NCBI GenBank assembly: GCA_905182555.1
Contig: CAJJBX010000010.1
Span: forward strand, 274-64,273
Length of the DNA: 64,000 bases
Origin: an uncultured Ilumatobacter sp.
Lineage (GTDB): Bacteria; Actinomycetota; Acidimicrobiia; Acidimicrobiales; Ilumatobacteraceae
Reading direction: 5' to 3'
Shown here: in pieces, positions 21,181 to 31,650 of the stretch
How the letters are laid out: each line of letters opens with the position of its first letter
Numbering within the stretch: position 1 is the stretch's first letter
The notes under the pieces: model-generated
What the model saw: the letters and a program-made list of their open reading frames with translations, nothing else
Told to the model about the DNA's origin: nothing
Databases searched by the model: none
Position numbers and translations under genes: made by a program

Positions 21181-21364
21181 CGCTCAGCGGTCAGATCCAT
21201 TTCGATCCGCTCAGACGTGTTGAGTTGTTCATTGCGTGGACGAACCGGGGCCCGAGGCGGCGGTCCAACCAGCACCCTGGTGTCTTGCCAGCACGAGGGC
21301 CACCTGCACAGCAGCAGCTTCCCACAGCCCGAGGTTGGCGGCTGTGGTTCCCTAGAGTTACAAG

Positions 21365-22267
21365 ATGACCACCGCCACGAGTACGACCGCACGCGACCGA
21401 CTGTCCACGACAGGTGTCTGGTACTTCACCGACGGGATGTCGTCAGGAGAGGCCGCCGAGGCTGCTGGCCGCATCGAATCGCTCGGCTACTCGACCTTGT
21501 GGCTTCCCGACACCGTCGGCCGCGATCCGTTTGCGCACATTGCGTGGCTCGCCTCACAGACCACGACGCTGCAGTACGCGACCGGTATCGCCAATATTTT
21601 CCACCGCCATCCCGGGCCGATGAAGCAAGTAGCGAACACGCTCGCCGAGCAGACGGGCGGCCGCTTCGTGCTTGGCCTCGGTGTGAGTCACGGGCCGATG
21701 GTCGCCGGGCTGCGCGGGCTCGATTACTCCAAGCCGCTGACCAAGATGCGGGACTACCTCGCAGCAATGGAAACTCAGCCGTACCGCGGTATCGCACCCG
21801 AAGACGAGCCGCTTGTTCTGCTCGCTGCGCTGGGCCCGAAGATGCTCGAACTGTCGGCGTCGGCTGCTGACGGGGCTCACCCGTACTGGACCACACCGGA
21901 GCACACCGCAATGGCCCGTGAAGCCCTTGGGCCTGATGCGCTGCTGTGTGTCGAGCAGAAGGTGGTGTTCACCACCGACGCCGACGCAGCACGCGCTGCT
22001 GGTAACCAGCAGATCGACCGTTACGCCGCGCTGCCGAACTATCGCAACAACTGGATCCGCCTCGGCTTCAGCGACGATGAGATCGAGCAGCGTGACCACC
22101 GTTTTGTCGATGCCGTGGTCGTGTGGGGTGATGAGGATCGGGTGCGGGCTGGGGTGCAGGCGCACTACGACGCTGGCGCTGACCATGTCTGTGTGCAGCC
22201 AGTCAACCCCGACATGTCAGCCGACATCGACTGGAACGCGCTCGAACTTCTTGCACCGACTGATTGA
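21365..22267 (+). CDS. LLM class F420-dependent oxidoreductase
   Basis: ATGIANI, LGLGVSH, LAALGPKML, GAHPY, GADHV. Confidence 0.9.
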   Translation: MTTATSTTARDRLSTTGVWYFTDGMSSGEAAEAAGRIESLGYSTLWLPDTVGRDPFAHIAWLASQTTTLQYATGIANIFHRHPGPMKQVANTLAEQTGGRFVLGLGVSHGPMVAGLRGLDYSKPLTKMRDYLAAMETQPYRGIAPEDEPLVLLAALGPKMLELSASAADGAHPYWTTPEHTAMAREALGPDALLCVEQKVVFTTDADAARAAGNQQIDRYAALPNYRNNWIRLGFSDDEIEQRDHRFVDAVVVWGDEDRVRAGVQAHYDAGADHVCVQPVNPDMSADIDWNALELLAPTD

Positions 22268-22278
22268 GCAGGACTCCA

Positions 22279-22318
22279 CTGACTGAGCCAGCGGGCGTCT
22301 GACTGAGCCGGCGGGCGT
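22279..22318. repeat. 20-bp direct repeat x2 (CTGACTGAGCCRGCGGGCGT) between convergent genes
   Basis: Read directly. Confidence 0.8.
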
Positions 22319-22320
22319 CG

Positions 22321-22719
22321 TCAGCGGTCGAACCAGTTGCCGCTGACGATTGGCGTCAGTTCGAGCCCGCCGCCGTACTGGTAGGCCCACGCTCGCACGC
22401 CGTTGGTCGTGGTGATGGCGATTCGGCGGTAGTCGCCGCCAACCGTTCCTTCTTCAGCGTCGAGCACCTTGAGGCATTGGTCGATCGATGATTCGAGTAG
22501 CGCGTATGCCCGACCGATGACCGCGCTGTTACTCGTGCTCTCGAACTGTGCGCCGGGGTATCCAAGGCCGGTGTCGAATACCTGCCCGGGCGCACTGTCG
22601 GCCCAGCCCTCGTCGACGACAAAGGGTTCAAGGAAGTGCCAGCGGACGTCGCCCGGCTGCAGAGTTCCGTACACAAAAAGATGGGCGAGCGGCGGAGTTC
22701 CGCTGTTTCCTGTTGGCAC
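22321..22719 (-). CDS. Gamma-glutamylcyclotransferase (AIG2-like) family protein
   Basis: LFVYGTLQPG, YPG, LDAEEG, YRR; start uncertain. Confidence 0.85.
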   Translation of the reverse strand: MPTGNSGTPPLAHLFVYGTLQPGDVRWHFLEPFVVDEGWADSAPGQVFDTGLGYPGAQFESTSNSAVIGRAYALLESSIDQCLKVLDAEEGTVGGDYRRIAITTTNGVRAWAYQYGGGLELTPIVSGNWFDR

Positions 22720-22735
22720 GTTGAGAGAATGCCAC

Positions 22736-23410
22736 ATGGCGCTGCACGGATGGTCACCTGAGACGGCATTGTCTGCGGCGTGTCCGCGGGTGTTCTGGAC
22801 CGATCGTCCGGATGCCCCAGACGGTGCGCAGCGCCTGAACGGGTAGATCGACGCCTCGATCGCGCACGGCGCCGAGAATGCCCACCGGCATTGGCCCGAC
22901 GAGCTCGACTTGATTGTCCGCCTCGGCGACCAAAACTTCGCCGACCTCCAACAGTGCCTCATCGACCATCACATCGACGCCCGCCACGAGCAGAGCACAC
23001 AAACTCACGGGGCACTCGCCCAGCAGTTCTTCTCGACGTTCCCACAGCTCGAGGGCCTCGACTTCACGCACCGCTGGGGCGGCCCGATCGCGGCCACGTC
23101 GCGCTTCACCTGTGCGTGGGGGCAGCGGTTTGATGACCGGCTTGCGTGGGTTGGCGGCTACACCGGCCTCGGCGTCGCCGCGAGCTGCTTCGGCGCGCAG
23201 GTTGCCCTCGACCTCGTGGACAGTGTCGAAACGGAGCGAACCGAACTCAAGATGGTCCGGTCAAAACCGTTCCCGTTCCCGCCCGAACCGCTGCGATCAG
23301 CTGTCGTCGGCATCACCAAGAAATCGATCCAACGCGCCGATGAGCGCCAGGGCTGCGAGAACGTCTGGCTCAAGTTTCTCAGCCGACTCGGCATCGGCTT
23401 CGATACCTGA
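22736..23410 (+). pseudogene. Internally deleted FAD-dependent oxidoreductase (PuuB/DAO-like)
   Basis: VFWTDRPDAP N-terminus, in-frame TAG at 22844, no GxGxxG region, intact C-terminus (WGGPI, GYTGLGV, PFPPEPLR, LGIGFDT). Confidence 0.75.
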
Positions 23411-23419
23411 GCGCTGTAG

Positions 23420-25284
23420 CTACCCGGGCGTTGAGTCCTCGACGGCCTCGGCACGTTCCGCAACTGCGTTGTCTAGTTCGCGCTGGAATGACGGAGCGGC
23501 CATGCCGATCTGGATGCACGGGGAGCGCATCGTTGCGGCAAGTCCGCAAACTGTTCGTCGATCACGCGGATCAACGGAATGAACAGGTCGTCATCGACGG
23601 CGGTGTCCAGGTTGGGGCCGGCTTCGGTGCTCCGTGCTTTCCAGCCCTGGCGTGCTCGTTCGTCGATTGTCGAGTAGGTCACGCCGTCGATGCCGATCTG
23701 GCGACCGAGGTACTCGGACGGAACACCGGTTTCGCCGGAGCGGCGGCTGCCCGGCGACAGTTGGAACACTTCGCGGCGGCCGAACTCCCGGGCGAATCGG
23801 GCGGTGGCCAGGGCGTTGACCTCGTCGTTCGACGTGCAAGCCATCAGGCGGCCAATGCCCCGCAGGTCGAGGTTGTGGGCGGCATCTTCCGCGAGGATAT
23901 TTAACCGACGTGCGGCCAGCCCGCTCGAGATTGACCGGGTGACGTTGTAGGGGTCGGTGTCGACGAGGAGTGACCTGATGCCGTGTTCTTTCAGCTGGAG
24001 GGCGATGCCTCGCGCCGTGGCGTGAGCGCCGGCGATCAGGACGCCGGTGGCTTGCGCCTCGGCCAGTCCGAGCAAACGCGCGGCGGGACCGGAAAAGAAA
24101 CCGTAGACGACAATCGTTCCGATGATGACGAGGAACACGATCGGCACAATCTTGTCAGCGTCAGCGATGCCCTCTGCTTCCATGCGAATTGCGAAGATCG
24201 CCGATACTGCGGCGGCCACGATACCGCGCGGCGCCATGGCCATCAGGAACACACGCTCGCGCCACGTGAGCGTTGTGCGGACCGTGGACACCAGGACTGT
24301 GAGGGGGCGAGCAATCAAGACCAAGACGGCGAGGAAGCCGAGCGCGGGCAGCAGAACGTCGCGCAGTGCATCGGCTTCGATTCGGGCGGCTAAGAGGATG
24401 AACAGCGCAGAGATCAGCAGCGTTCGGAGGCTCTCACTAAATTCGAGGACGTGTCGTACGGTCGATGTATCGCGTCGGGCCAGGTACATGCCAAGCACGG
24501 TGACTGTCAGTAGCCCCGACTCCTCCTGGACCTCGTTTGCTGCGACGAACGTGGCCACGACGAAGGCGAAAGTGACTGGAACAATCAGTTGGTCAGGGAC
24601 GAGGAATCGGCGGAGGGCTTCATCGAGCACGAACGCGGCGAGGAGGCCAATGCCGGCGCCTGCAACGATCGTGAGGGCCAGAATGCCGGCCACCTTGATG
24701 ATTGCCTCGTTGGCACCGTCGAGGAGCACAATTTCGAACGCCAGCAGTGCAGCGGTGGCGCCGATCGGGTCGATGAGCACGCCCTCGGCACGGAGGATCG
24801 GGCCAGTTGTGCCGGCGGGGCGAACGAAGCGAAGGAGCGGGCCAACCACGGTCGGGCCGGTGACGACAAGTACCGCACCGAGCACGATTGCAGCTTGGTT
24901 TGAGATGCCAAAGATTTCGCGAGACGCGTACCAACCGATCAGGAAGCTGATCACGGCTCCAATAGTGATCAACCGGCGGACAACGATGCCGGTGTTGCGC
25001 AACTCGCGTGGGGGCAGATCGAGACCGCCCTCGAAGAGAATCAGGGCAACCGAGAGAGATACCAGTGGGAAGAGATTGCCGCCGAGCAATTCGTCCGGGT
25101 CGATGACGCCAGTCACTGGACCGAGCAGGAGGCCAGCAAGCAGCAGGGCGATGATCGACGGAATCTGAGTCCGCCAGGCGATCCATTGTGCTGCCATGCC
25201 GGCACCGAGGATGACCGCAAGCGTCGGTCCGATCGTCGATTCACCTGCTGCGAGCAGGCCCGGGGTGGCAAGAGCGGCGATCAT
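23420..25284 (-). CDS. CPA1 family sodium/proton antiporter with C-terminal NAD-binding-like domain; probable frameshift near 23520
   Basis: LFEGGL, TGPTVV, EGVLIDP, ESGLL, MAPRGIVAAA. Confidence 0.9.
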
Positions 25285-25363
25285 CGGTGCGGGCCGCCGA
25301 GTGTGAGAGCCAACATCTGGCGTGATAGTAGCGGTGATCGTTCCGGCGTGTCACTACCTGTCT

Positions 25364-25439
25364 GGTGGAGGTGGGTGTGGGGAGGGGGGGGTGTGAAGGT
25401 AGGTGTGGGGGCGGGGTGAAGGTGGGGTGGGGGTGAAGG
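25364..25439 (+). other. G-rich low-complexity tract in a divergent intergenic region
   Basis: Multiple G3-G7 runs with recurring GTGAAGG units. Confidence 0.8.
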
Positions 25440-25481
25440 CGACCGCGAACGCTGGTCCTCGGTGAGCGTTAGGTTCCCCAT

Positions 25482-26738
25482 ATGGCCGCACGAATCGAAC
25501 GAATCACTTTCCCCGGCAGTCAAGACGCCGAACTCGCCGCTCGAATCGACTTGCCCGCTGGGCCGCCTCGGGCCTTTGCCCTCTTCGCCCACTGCTTCAC
25601 CTGCGGTAAGGACATCAAAGCGGCATCGCGGATTGCCACTGCGCTTACTGACGCAGGGTTTGGTGTGCTCCGGTTCGACTTCACTGGGCTGGGGAGCAGC
25701 GAGGGGGAGTTCGCCAATACGAACTTCACGTCGAACACCGATGACGTTCTGGCAGCAGTCGACTGGCTGCGCTCCGAGCACCGGGCCCCGCAGCTCTTGA
25801 TCGGGCATTCACTCGGCGGAGCCGCAGTGCTCGCTATCGCAGGTGAGATCCCTGAGGTCCGGGCCGTCGCGACTATCGGGGCCCCGTCCGATGCGGCGCA
25901 CGTCACGGAGATTTTTCAGTCGTCGGTTGAAGAGATCGAGGCGTTGGGCCATGCCGAAGTGCAACTCGCCGGCCGGCCGTTCACCATCCGCAAGCAGTTC
26001 CTCGACGATCTGGCGAATCACGTCGTTGTCGAGCGTGTCGCAACTTTCAAGAAGGCGCTGCTCGTGCTGCACTCGCCGGTCGATAACACGGTCGGGATAG
26101 ACAACGCGGGCGAGATTTTTGGCGCAGCCAAGCACCCCAAGAGCTACGTTTCGCTCGACGGTGCCGACCACTTGCTGACCAGGGCAAGCGACGTGGCCTT
26201 TGCTGCATCGATGATCGCCGGGTTCGCCAAGCGCTACGTCGACGACGAGAGCGGCGCCCTCGATGCACCAAAGGCCTCGGCGCAGGTGGTTGTCGCCGAA
26301 ACAGCTCAGGGCCCGTTCCTCAACCATGTCGTGGTCGGTCAGCATCGCCTACTCGCCGACGAACCGACTTCGATTGGTGGCTTCGATGCCGGCCCCGCCC
26401 CGTACGACTTCCTCGGCGCAGCCCTCGGTGCCTGCACCTCGATGACACTGCGGATGTACGCCGACCGCAAAAAGCTTCCGCTTGATCGGGTCATCGTCGA
26501 GGTTTCCCACGGCAAAGTCCACGCCGACGACTGCTTCGAATGTGCTGAGAACGAGGCGGTGTTCTCCGGTATCGCCGAGGGCCGCACCAACTTGATCGAC
26601 CGGTTCGAACGCGTCATCACGATCGAGGGCGACGGTCTCACCGATGCGGATCGGGACAAGCTGCTCGCCATCGCCGACAAGTGTCCCGTCCATCGGACTC
26701 TCGAGAACGCCAGCGTCATTGCCACCAGGCTGGCCTGA
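25482..26738 (+). CDS. Bifunctional alpha/beta hydrolase-OsmC family protein
   Basis: AHCFTC, GHSLGG, ADHLL; [20 protein letters not shown]. Confidence 0.93.
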   Translation: MAARIERITFPGSQDAELAARIDLPAGPPRAFALFAHCFTCGKDIKAASRIATALTDAGFGVLRFDFTGLGSSEGEFANTNFTSNTDDVLAAVDWLRSEHRAPQLLIGHSLGGAAVLAIAGEIPEVRAVATIGAPSDAAHVTEIFQSSVEEIEALGHAEVQLAGRPFTIRKQFLDDLANHVVVERVATFKKALLVLHSPVDNTVGIDNAGEIFGAAKHPKSYVSLDGADHLLTRASDVAFAASMIAGFAKRYVDDESGALDAPKASAQVVVAETAQGPFLNHVVVGQHRLLADEPTSIGGFDAGPAPYDFLGAALGACTSMTLRMYADRKKLPLDRVIVEVSHGKVHADDCFECAENEAVFSGIAEGRTNLIDRFERVITIEGDGLTDADRDKLLAIADKCPVHRTLENASVIATRLA

Positions 26739-26743
26739 GCATT

Positions 26744-27813
26744 GTGAGTCATTCCACCTGCGACGTCGTCATTGTCGGCGCCGGGATCTCGGGCCTCGCG
26801 CTTGCGCGGCATCTCGTTGGCGCTGGTCTTGATGTCGTCGTGCTTGAAGCGCGCGACCGAGTTGGCGGGCGGCTGCACGCGGTCGACGGACTCGACCTTG
26901 GTGCCACATGGTTTTGGCCGAATGAGTTGCGGGTCCAGGCGCTGATCGGTGACCTCGGCGTGCCCATTCATGCCCAGCATCTCGATGGCGATGCGGTGTA
27001 TCACGATCCCGGCGGGATGCAGCGCCTTGACGGGAACCTCATCGACGTCGCGTCAGGACGTTTTGTCGGCGGCGCCAGCTCGCTCGCTCTGGCCATTGCC
27101 CACGAACTCCCGAATGGAGTGCTTCGCCTGTCCGCCACAGTTGTAGCGGTCACTCACGCCAACGACACCGTCACGATGACCACGATGCGGGCGATCTCGT
27201 CGCTCGCGCCGTGGTCCTGGCGCTCCCACCGGCACTCGCTGCAGCGTCGATCAATTTCGACCCGGCCCTGCCGGAGGCCGTTGTCAAGGCGGCGCGCGCA
27301 ACGCCAGTCTGGATGGGTGGCGTCACCAAGGCGGTCGCCAGCTACCCGGATGCGTTCTGGCGGCGGGCTGGTCTGTCCGGCTCCGGAATCAGTCACGTCG
27401 GCCCGATGCGCGAAGTCCACGACATGAGCGGAGTCGACGGTGTGCCAGGCGCGCTCTTCGGCTTCGTGCCAGCCCGTCAGGTCGGTGCGCCAACGGTGTC
27501 CGAGGCGGCAATCATCGAGCAGTTTGTGACGATGTTCGGCCCCGAAGCGGGCCTTGCCGATGCCATCCACATCTGCGACTGGCGATCAGAACTGTTCACG
27601 TCGCCGCCTGGAGTCGAGCAGCTGACCGCCTACCAAATGTTCGGTCACAAGGCGTTCCGAGGCCCGTCGTTCGGCGGTCGGCTGTACTGGACATCGACCG
27701 AAACAGCCAGCACGTCCCCGGGCCATATCGAAGGCGCACTCGAAGCAGCGGAGCGAACCGCCGGCCAGATCAGAAGCCAGCTCACAAGCCACGTCGCAAC
27801 AAGGACTCCATGA
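26744..27813 (+). CDS. Flavin monoamine oxidase family protein; frameshift near 27185
   Basis: [28 protein letters not shown]...GHIEGAL. Confidence 0.85.
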
Positions 27814-28340
27814 GTCGATTCGCCATCTCGGACCTGCTCGTCGAATTCGACCGAGCGAAGGCTTACACCGATGCACTCTGGAGGGATCTCACAAGCGATG
27901 AAGTGCACTGGGGGCCCCATGCTGACTTCAGCGCGATCGGCTGGCATCTTGGCCACCAAGCTGCCGTCTCGCACTTCATGGTTCGCAATCTGACCGCAGC
28001 CGAGCCTTCGCTCGATGTCGAACTCGACCGGTTGATGGACGGCGCAACCCCAGAGCCTGATCGCGGCGATCTGCCTGGCCTCGAACGAATCCGTGTGTAT
28101 CGCGACGCAGCTGCCGAACGGCTCCACTTCCGGATGGGCAACATCGCATCCGGCGACGTTGGCGCACCGGCACAACTGAGCGAGATTGCGGTCGGGCTGA
28201 TTATCGCCGTGACCAACCACGAGTACCAGCACAGCCAGTGGATCGGCGAGGTCCGTTTGCGCGATCTTGGTCGAGCGCTTCCCGAGCGGCCAACGTCTGA
28301 CCTACTCACCGAAGTCGACGGCTACCTGATTATCGCCTGA
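27810..28340 (+). CDS. DinB family protein
   Basis: IGWHLGH ... NHEYQH metal-binding His triad; ATGA overlap with upstream gene. Confidence 0.85.
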   Translation: MSRFAISDLLVEFDRAKAYTDALWRDLTSDEVHWGPHADFSAIGWHLGHQAAVSHFMVRNLTAAEPSLDVELDRLMDGATPEPDRGDLPGLERIRVYRDAAAERLHFRMGNIASGDVGAPAQLSEIAVGLIIAVTNHEYQHSQWIGEVRLRDLGRALPERPTSDLLTEVDGYLIIA

Positions 28341-29226
28341 CGGCAAGGTCGAAGTCAGGGCCAAGATCGTGTGCGTTGTGCGCACCGGTTGGGGTCTCGC
28401 GTAGCCGGACAATCGCTGCGTTCAGCTCGGCTGCCATCAGTAAGGCAATGGCACCGAAGCTCAGCCATGTGATCAACCCAAGGACGATCGCAAAGGTGCC
28501 GTACGTGTCTCCAGCGTTGGTCGCAATGGACTCAACCAGCCGCGGTCCGAAGAAATGCAGCACGCTAAAGATGATGCCAGCCATGATCGCTCCGGGCCAG
28601 ACGTCGCCCCAGGTTGGATTGCCTGACGTGAGGAACCGATACATCGCGGCGAGCACCGACACGTTGAGGAGCGCCGTTGCGATGGCGACGAGGAACTGAC
28701 TCATTCCGGGGAGTCCGGCAGCATTGACGATCGCAATGATCGCAAGGACCCCGACCTGTGCCGTACCAACGATCAGCAGCCCGATGATCGCCCGACCGCG
28801 CTGCAGCGGCATGCCGGCACGACTGTCGACGGGCACCTCCCACGTGTCGTCGAGGGCGCCTTGGAGCCCGACGAATGCCTTGGTCGACGACCAGATTGCT
28901 CCGAGCAGGCCGGCAACGACCAGCCACACCGAGCCGTCGAGCGCGTCAGGATTCGCGCTGAGGTCGGACCCGATCACGGGGATCTCGTTTGCTGCGCCCT
29001 TGATGATTCGGTCGCGAAGTTCAGGGTTGTCTTCGAGGACGATTCCGAGAATCATCGTCGCCGCAAGCATGAGCGGGAAGATCGAGAGAAAGGTGAAAAA
29101 CGCAAGGACAGATGCATTCCGGTCAGACAGGTGGAGCCGCCAACCGTCGAGCATCTCAACGACCGTGTCAACCACGCCCGACTTCTTCCGGATCTTCATT
29201 ACCGCGTTGCTGGTCTGCCAAGCCAT
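28330..29226 (-). CDS. YihY/virulence factor BrkB family membrane protein
   Basis: FLSIFP, WPGA, TYGTFA, AELNA. Confidence 0.9.
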   Translation of the reverse strand: MAWQTSNAVMKIRKKSGVVDTVVEMLDGWRLHLSDRNASVLAFFTFLSIFPLMLAATMILGIVLEDNPELRDRIIKGAANEIPVIGSDLSANPDALDGSVWLVVAGLLGAIWSSTKAFVGLQGALDDTWEVPVDSRAGMPLQRGRAIIGLLIVGTAQVGVLAIIAIVNAAGLPGMSQFLVAIATALLNVSVLAAMYRFLTSGNPTWGDVWPGAIMAGIIFSVLHFFGPRLVESIATNAGDTYGTFAIVLGLITWLSFGAIALLMAAELNAAIVRLRETPTGAHNAHDLGPDFDLAVRR

Positions 29227-29230
29227 TATG

Positions 29231-29926
29231 TCAGTCTGCCCCGCCAGGTTGGTCATCGATCGAATCGATTGAGAGATCCCAGTCGATTGGCTCGCGGCCT
29301 GCGTCGATCAGCGCCTCGTTGGTGCGGCTGAACGGCTTGCTTCCGAAAAATCCGCCGTGCGCGCTGAGTGGTGAAGGATGCGGCGACTCAATCACGGTGT
29401 GTCGTGACCGGTCGATGAATTTCGTTTTGCTCCGAGCGCCGTTGCCCCAGAGGACAAAGACCACCGGATCTTGCTTGTCGTTGACCACCTGGATCACTGC
29501 GTCGGTGAACTGTTCCCAACCATGCTTTTGGTGCGAATTGGCCTGGCCGGCCCGGACAGTGAGGCGCGTGTTGAGGAGCAGCACACCTTGGCGCGCCCAG
29601 CCATCGAGGTTGCCGTGAAGCGGGATTGGCACGTCGAGATCAGCGTGGAGTTCCTTGAACATGTTTCGCAACGACGGCGGCGTTTTGACCCCATGCCGTA
29701 CGGAGAACGCAAGGCCGTTCGCCTGGTCAGGGCCGTGATACGGGTCCTGCCCGAGCACCATCACTTTCGTGTCGGTGTAGGACGTCAGGCGCATCGCCGC
29801 GAACACGTCGTCAGGAAGTGGATATACCGAGTACTCCTTGCGCTCAGCGGCGACGAACGTCTGGAGCTCAGCCCAGTAGGGCTTCTCGAATTCAGCGCGC
29901 AGCAGCGGGTTCCAATCGGTGGGCAT
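29231..29926 (-). CDS. ung: Uracil-DNA glycosylase (family 1)
   Basis: LGQDPYH, PPSL, GVLLLN, HPSPLS. Confidence 0.96.
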   Translation of the reverse strand: MPTDWNPLLRAEFEKPYWAELQTFVAAERKEYSVYPLPDDVFAAMRLTSYTDTKVMVLGQDPYHGPDQANGLAFSVRHGVKTPPSLRNMFKELHADLDVPIPLHGNLDGWARQGVLLLNTRLTVRAGQANSHQKHGWEQFTDAVIQVVNDKQDPVVFVLWGNGARSKTKFIDRSRHTVIESPHPSPLSAHGGFFGSKPFSRTNEALIDAGREPIDWDLSIDSIDDQPGGAD

Positions 29927-29943
29927 CAACATCTGTGCCTAGC

Positions 29944-30945
29944 ATGGAAGCCATGTTCGAGCACCTCCAGCGAGCGAGGCTCGCCACCACGCCGACACCT
30001 CTGGAACAGGGCCCGGTCATTGCCGGGGGAGCGCGGCTGTGGGTCAAACGGGACGATCTGACAGGGCTCGGCGGGGGAGGCAACAAAGCTCGCAAGCTTG
30101 ATTTCCTGTGCGGTGATGCACTTGCGGTCGGCGCTCGGGCGCTGGTTACGGTCGGTGCAGCACAGTCGAATCACTGCCGGATGACTGCTGCTGCGGGTGC
30201 CCGGCTCGGCATGGAAGTTCATCTGGTCTTGTCTGGCGACGAACCAGACGTGGCAACCGGGAACCAGCTCCTGTCGGTGTTGTTCGGTGCCCAACTGCAC
30301 TTCACCGGTGCGGCCCAGAGCCATTGGGGCGAGCTCGAGATCGCACGCGAATTGCTGACCGGCGAGCTGAGTGGCGCTGGCTTGGCGCCCTACTCGATCC
30401 CGATCGGCGGCAGTACTGCAGTCGGAGCCCTCGGCTATGCAGCAGCGTTCATCGAGATGCTCGACCAGTTCGACGCATCGGGCATCGAGCCGTCGACTGT
30501 GGTTTTCACGTCGTCGAGCGGTGGCACCCACGCGGGCCTCCTCGCTGGCCGCGCCGCAGCAGTTGCAGCGGGCCGTACCGTGCCCGCGATCGTCGCCATC
30601 GGCGTCGCCAAGGGAGTGAACATTGGCTTGCCCAACATTGCCGACCTGGCGAATCAGACGCTCGATCTCATGGCGCTCACCGATGTACGCATCGACCCCG
30701 TCGACGTGGAAGTTGACACGCGCTGGATTGGTGACGACTACGCAGTTCCCACCACAGCTGGCGACAACGCAGTCTGCTGGGCAGCGGCAAATGGTGGGTG
30801 GCTGTGCGATCGCACCTATTCGGGCAAGGGCCTGTCGGGTGCGCTTGGCCTCGCTGAAGAAGGCCGCTTCGCCGATGAGGACATCGTGTTCATTCACACG
30901 GGTGGCTGGCCTGCGCTGTTCTCCGCTGACGGCGTTCCCGCCTGA
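29944..30945 (+). CDS. D-cysteine desulfhydrase/ACC deaminase family PLP enzyme
   Basis: KRDD, GGNKARK, QSNH, SSGGT, YSGK, HTGG. Confidence 0.9.
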   Translation: MEAMFEHLQRARLATTPTPLEQGPVIAGGARLWVKRDDLTGLGGGGNKARKLDFLCGDALAVGARALVTVGAAQSNHCRMTAAAGARLGMEVHLVLSGDEPDVATGNQLLSVLFGAQLHFTGAAQSHWGELEIARELLTGELSGAGLAPYSIPIGGSTAVGALGYAAAFIEMLDQFDASGIEPSTVVFTSSSGGTHAGLLAGRAAAVAAGRTVPAIVAIGVAKGVNIGLPNIADLANQTLDLMALTDVRIDPVDVEVDTRWIGDDYAVPTTAGDNAVCWAAANGGWLCDRTYSGKGLSGALGLAEEGRFADEDIVFIHTGGWPALFSADGVPA

Positions 30946-30956
30946 CGCCGCCTGGT

Positions 30957-31562
30957 TCAGCGGCGCAGTCCCGGCTCTTCGCGTCGGATCAACCGACCGA
31001 AATTTCGCCAGTGCTTGACGAGGATGAGGCCGCACAGGCCTGCCATCGCGCCGAATTCCCACGCGGGGCGGCCGGTGAGCACGAGGCCGATCGGTACGGA
31101 GCCCACGGTCAGGATCGAGCCCAGCGCAGCCTTGCCGGTCATCTTGCTGAGCAGCCACCATACGATCGGTGCTGCGATGCCGATGATTGGTTGCAGCACG
31201 ATCAAGGCGCCTGATCCGCAGGCCACTCCCTTGCCGCCCTTGAAGTTGCGTGTCGCAGGGAACATATGGCCGAGCGCAGCGGCAACACCGCAGACATAGC
31301 CGAGCGGTCGACCGGTGCCGGCCCAGTCGAAGCCCATCCCTAAGCCGAGGCCTGTGGCGAGGCCGGCCTTGAGCGCATCGAGCACGTAGACCCACACACC
31401 TTTCCGCCACCCAAGTGCCCGCGTGACATTCGAAGCACCCGGGTTGCCCGACCCGACGGTGGAAATGTCTATGCCGTTGGCGCGCGCCACCAAGATCGCG
31501 CTCGGGAAAGTGCCGAGGGCGTACGACAAGAAAATGAGCAGCACCGCCAACACGGGTGGCAT
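30957..31562 (-). CDS. plsY: Glycerol-3-phosphate acyltransferase
   Basis: GSGNPGASN, DALK, GHMFP, GGKGVA, KHWRN. Confidence 0.92.
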   Translation of the reverse strand: MPPVLAVLLIFLSYALGTFPSAILVARANGIDISTVGSGNPGASNVTRALGWRKGVWVYVLDALKAGLATGLGLGMGFDWAGTGRPLGYVCGVAAALGHMFPATRNFKGGKGVACGSGALIVLQPIIGIAAPIVWWLLSKMTGKAALGSILTVGSVPIGLVLTGRPAWEFGAMAGLCGLILVKHWRNFGRLIRREEPGLRR

Positions 31563-31650
31563 CTTGGCACGTTGTTGACTGCGCCCAACCAACGCGAGAG
31601 TGAAACTTCCGTGGCGGGGTCGCCTACCGGGTACTACCCTCGTCTGCCCT

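Noticed and set aside
22321-22719. Gamma-glutamylcyclotransferase as an EgtC substitute
   Set aside because: Not operonic with egtBD, and the NSYY-type EgtB probably needs no deglutamylation step.
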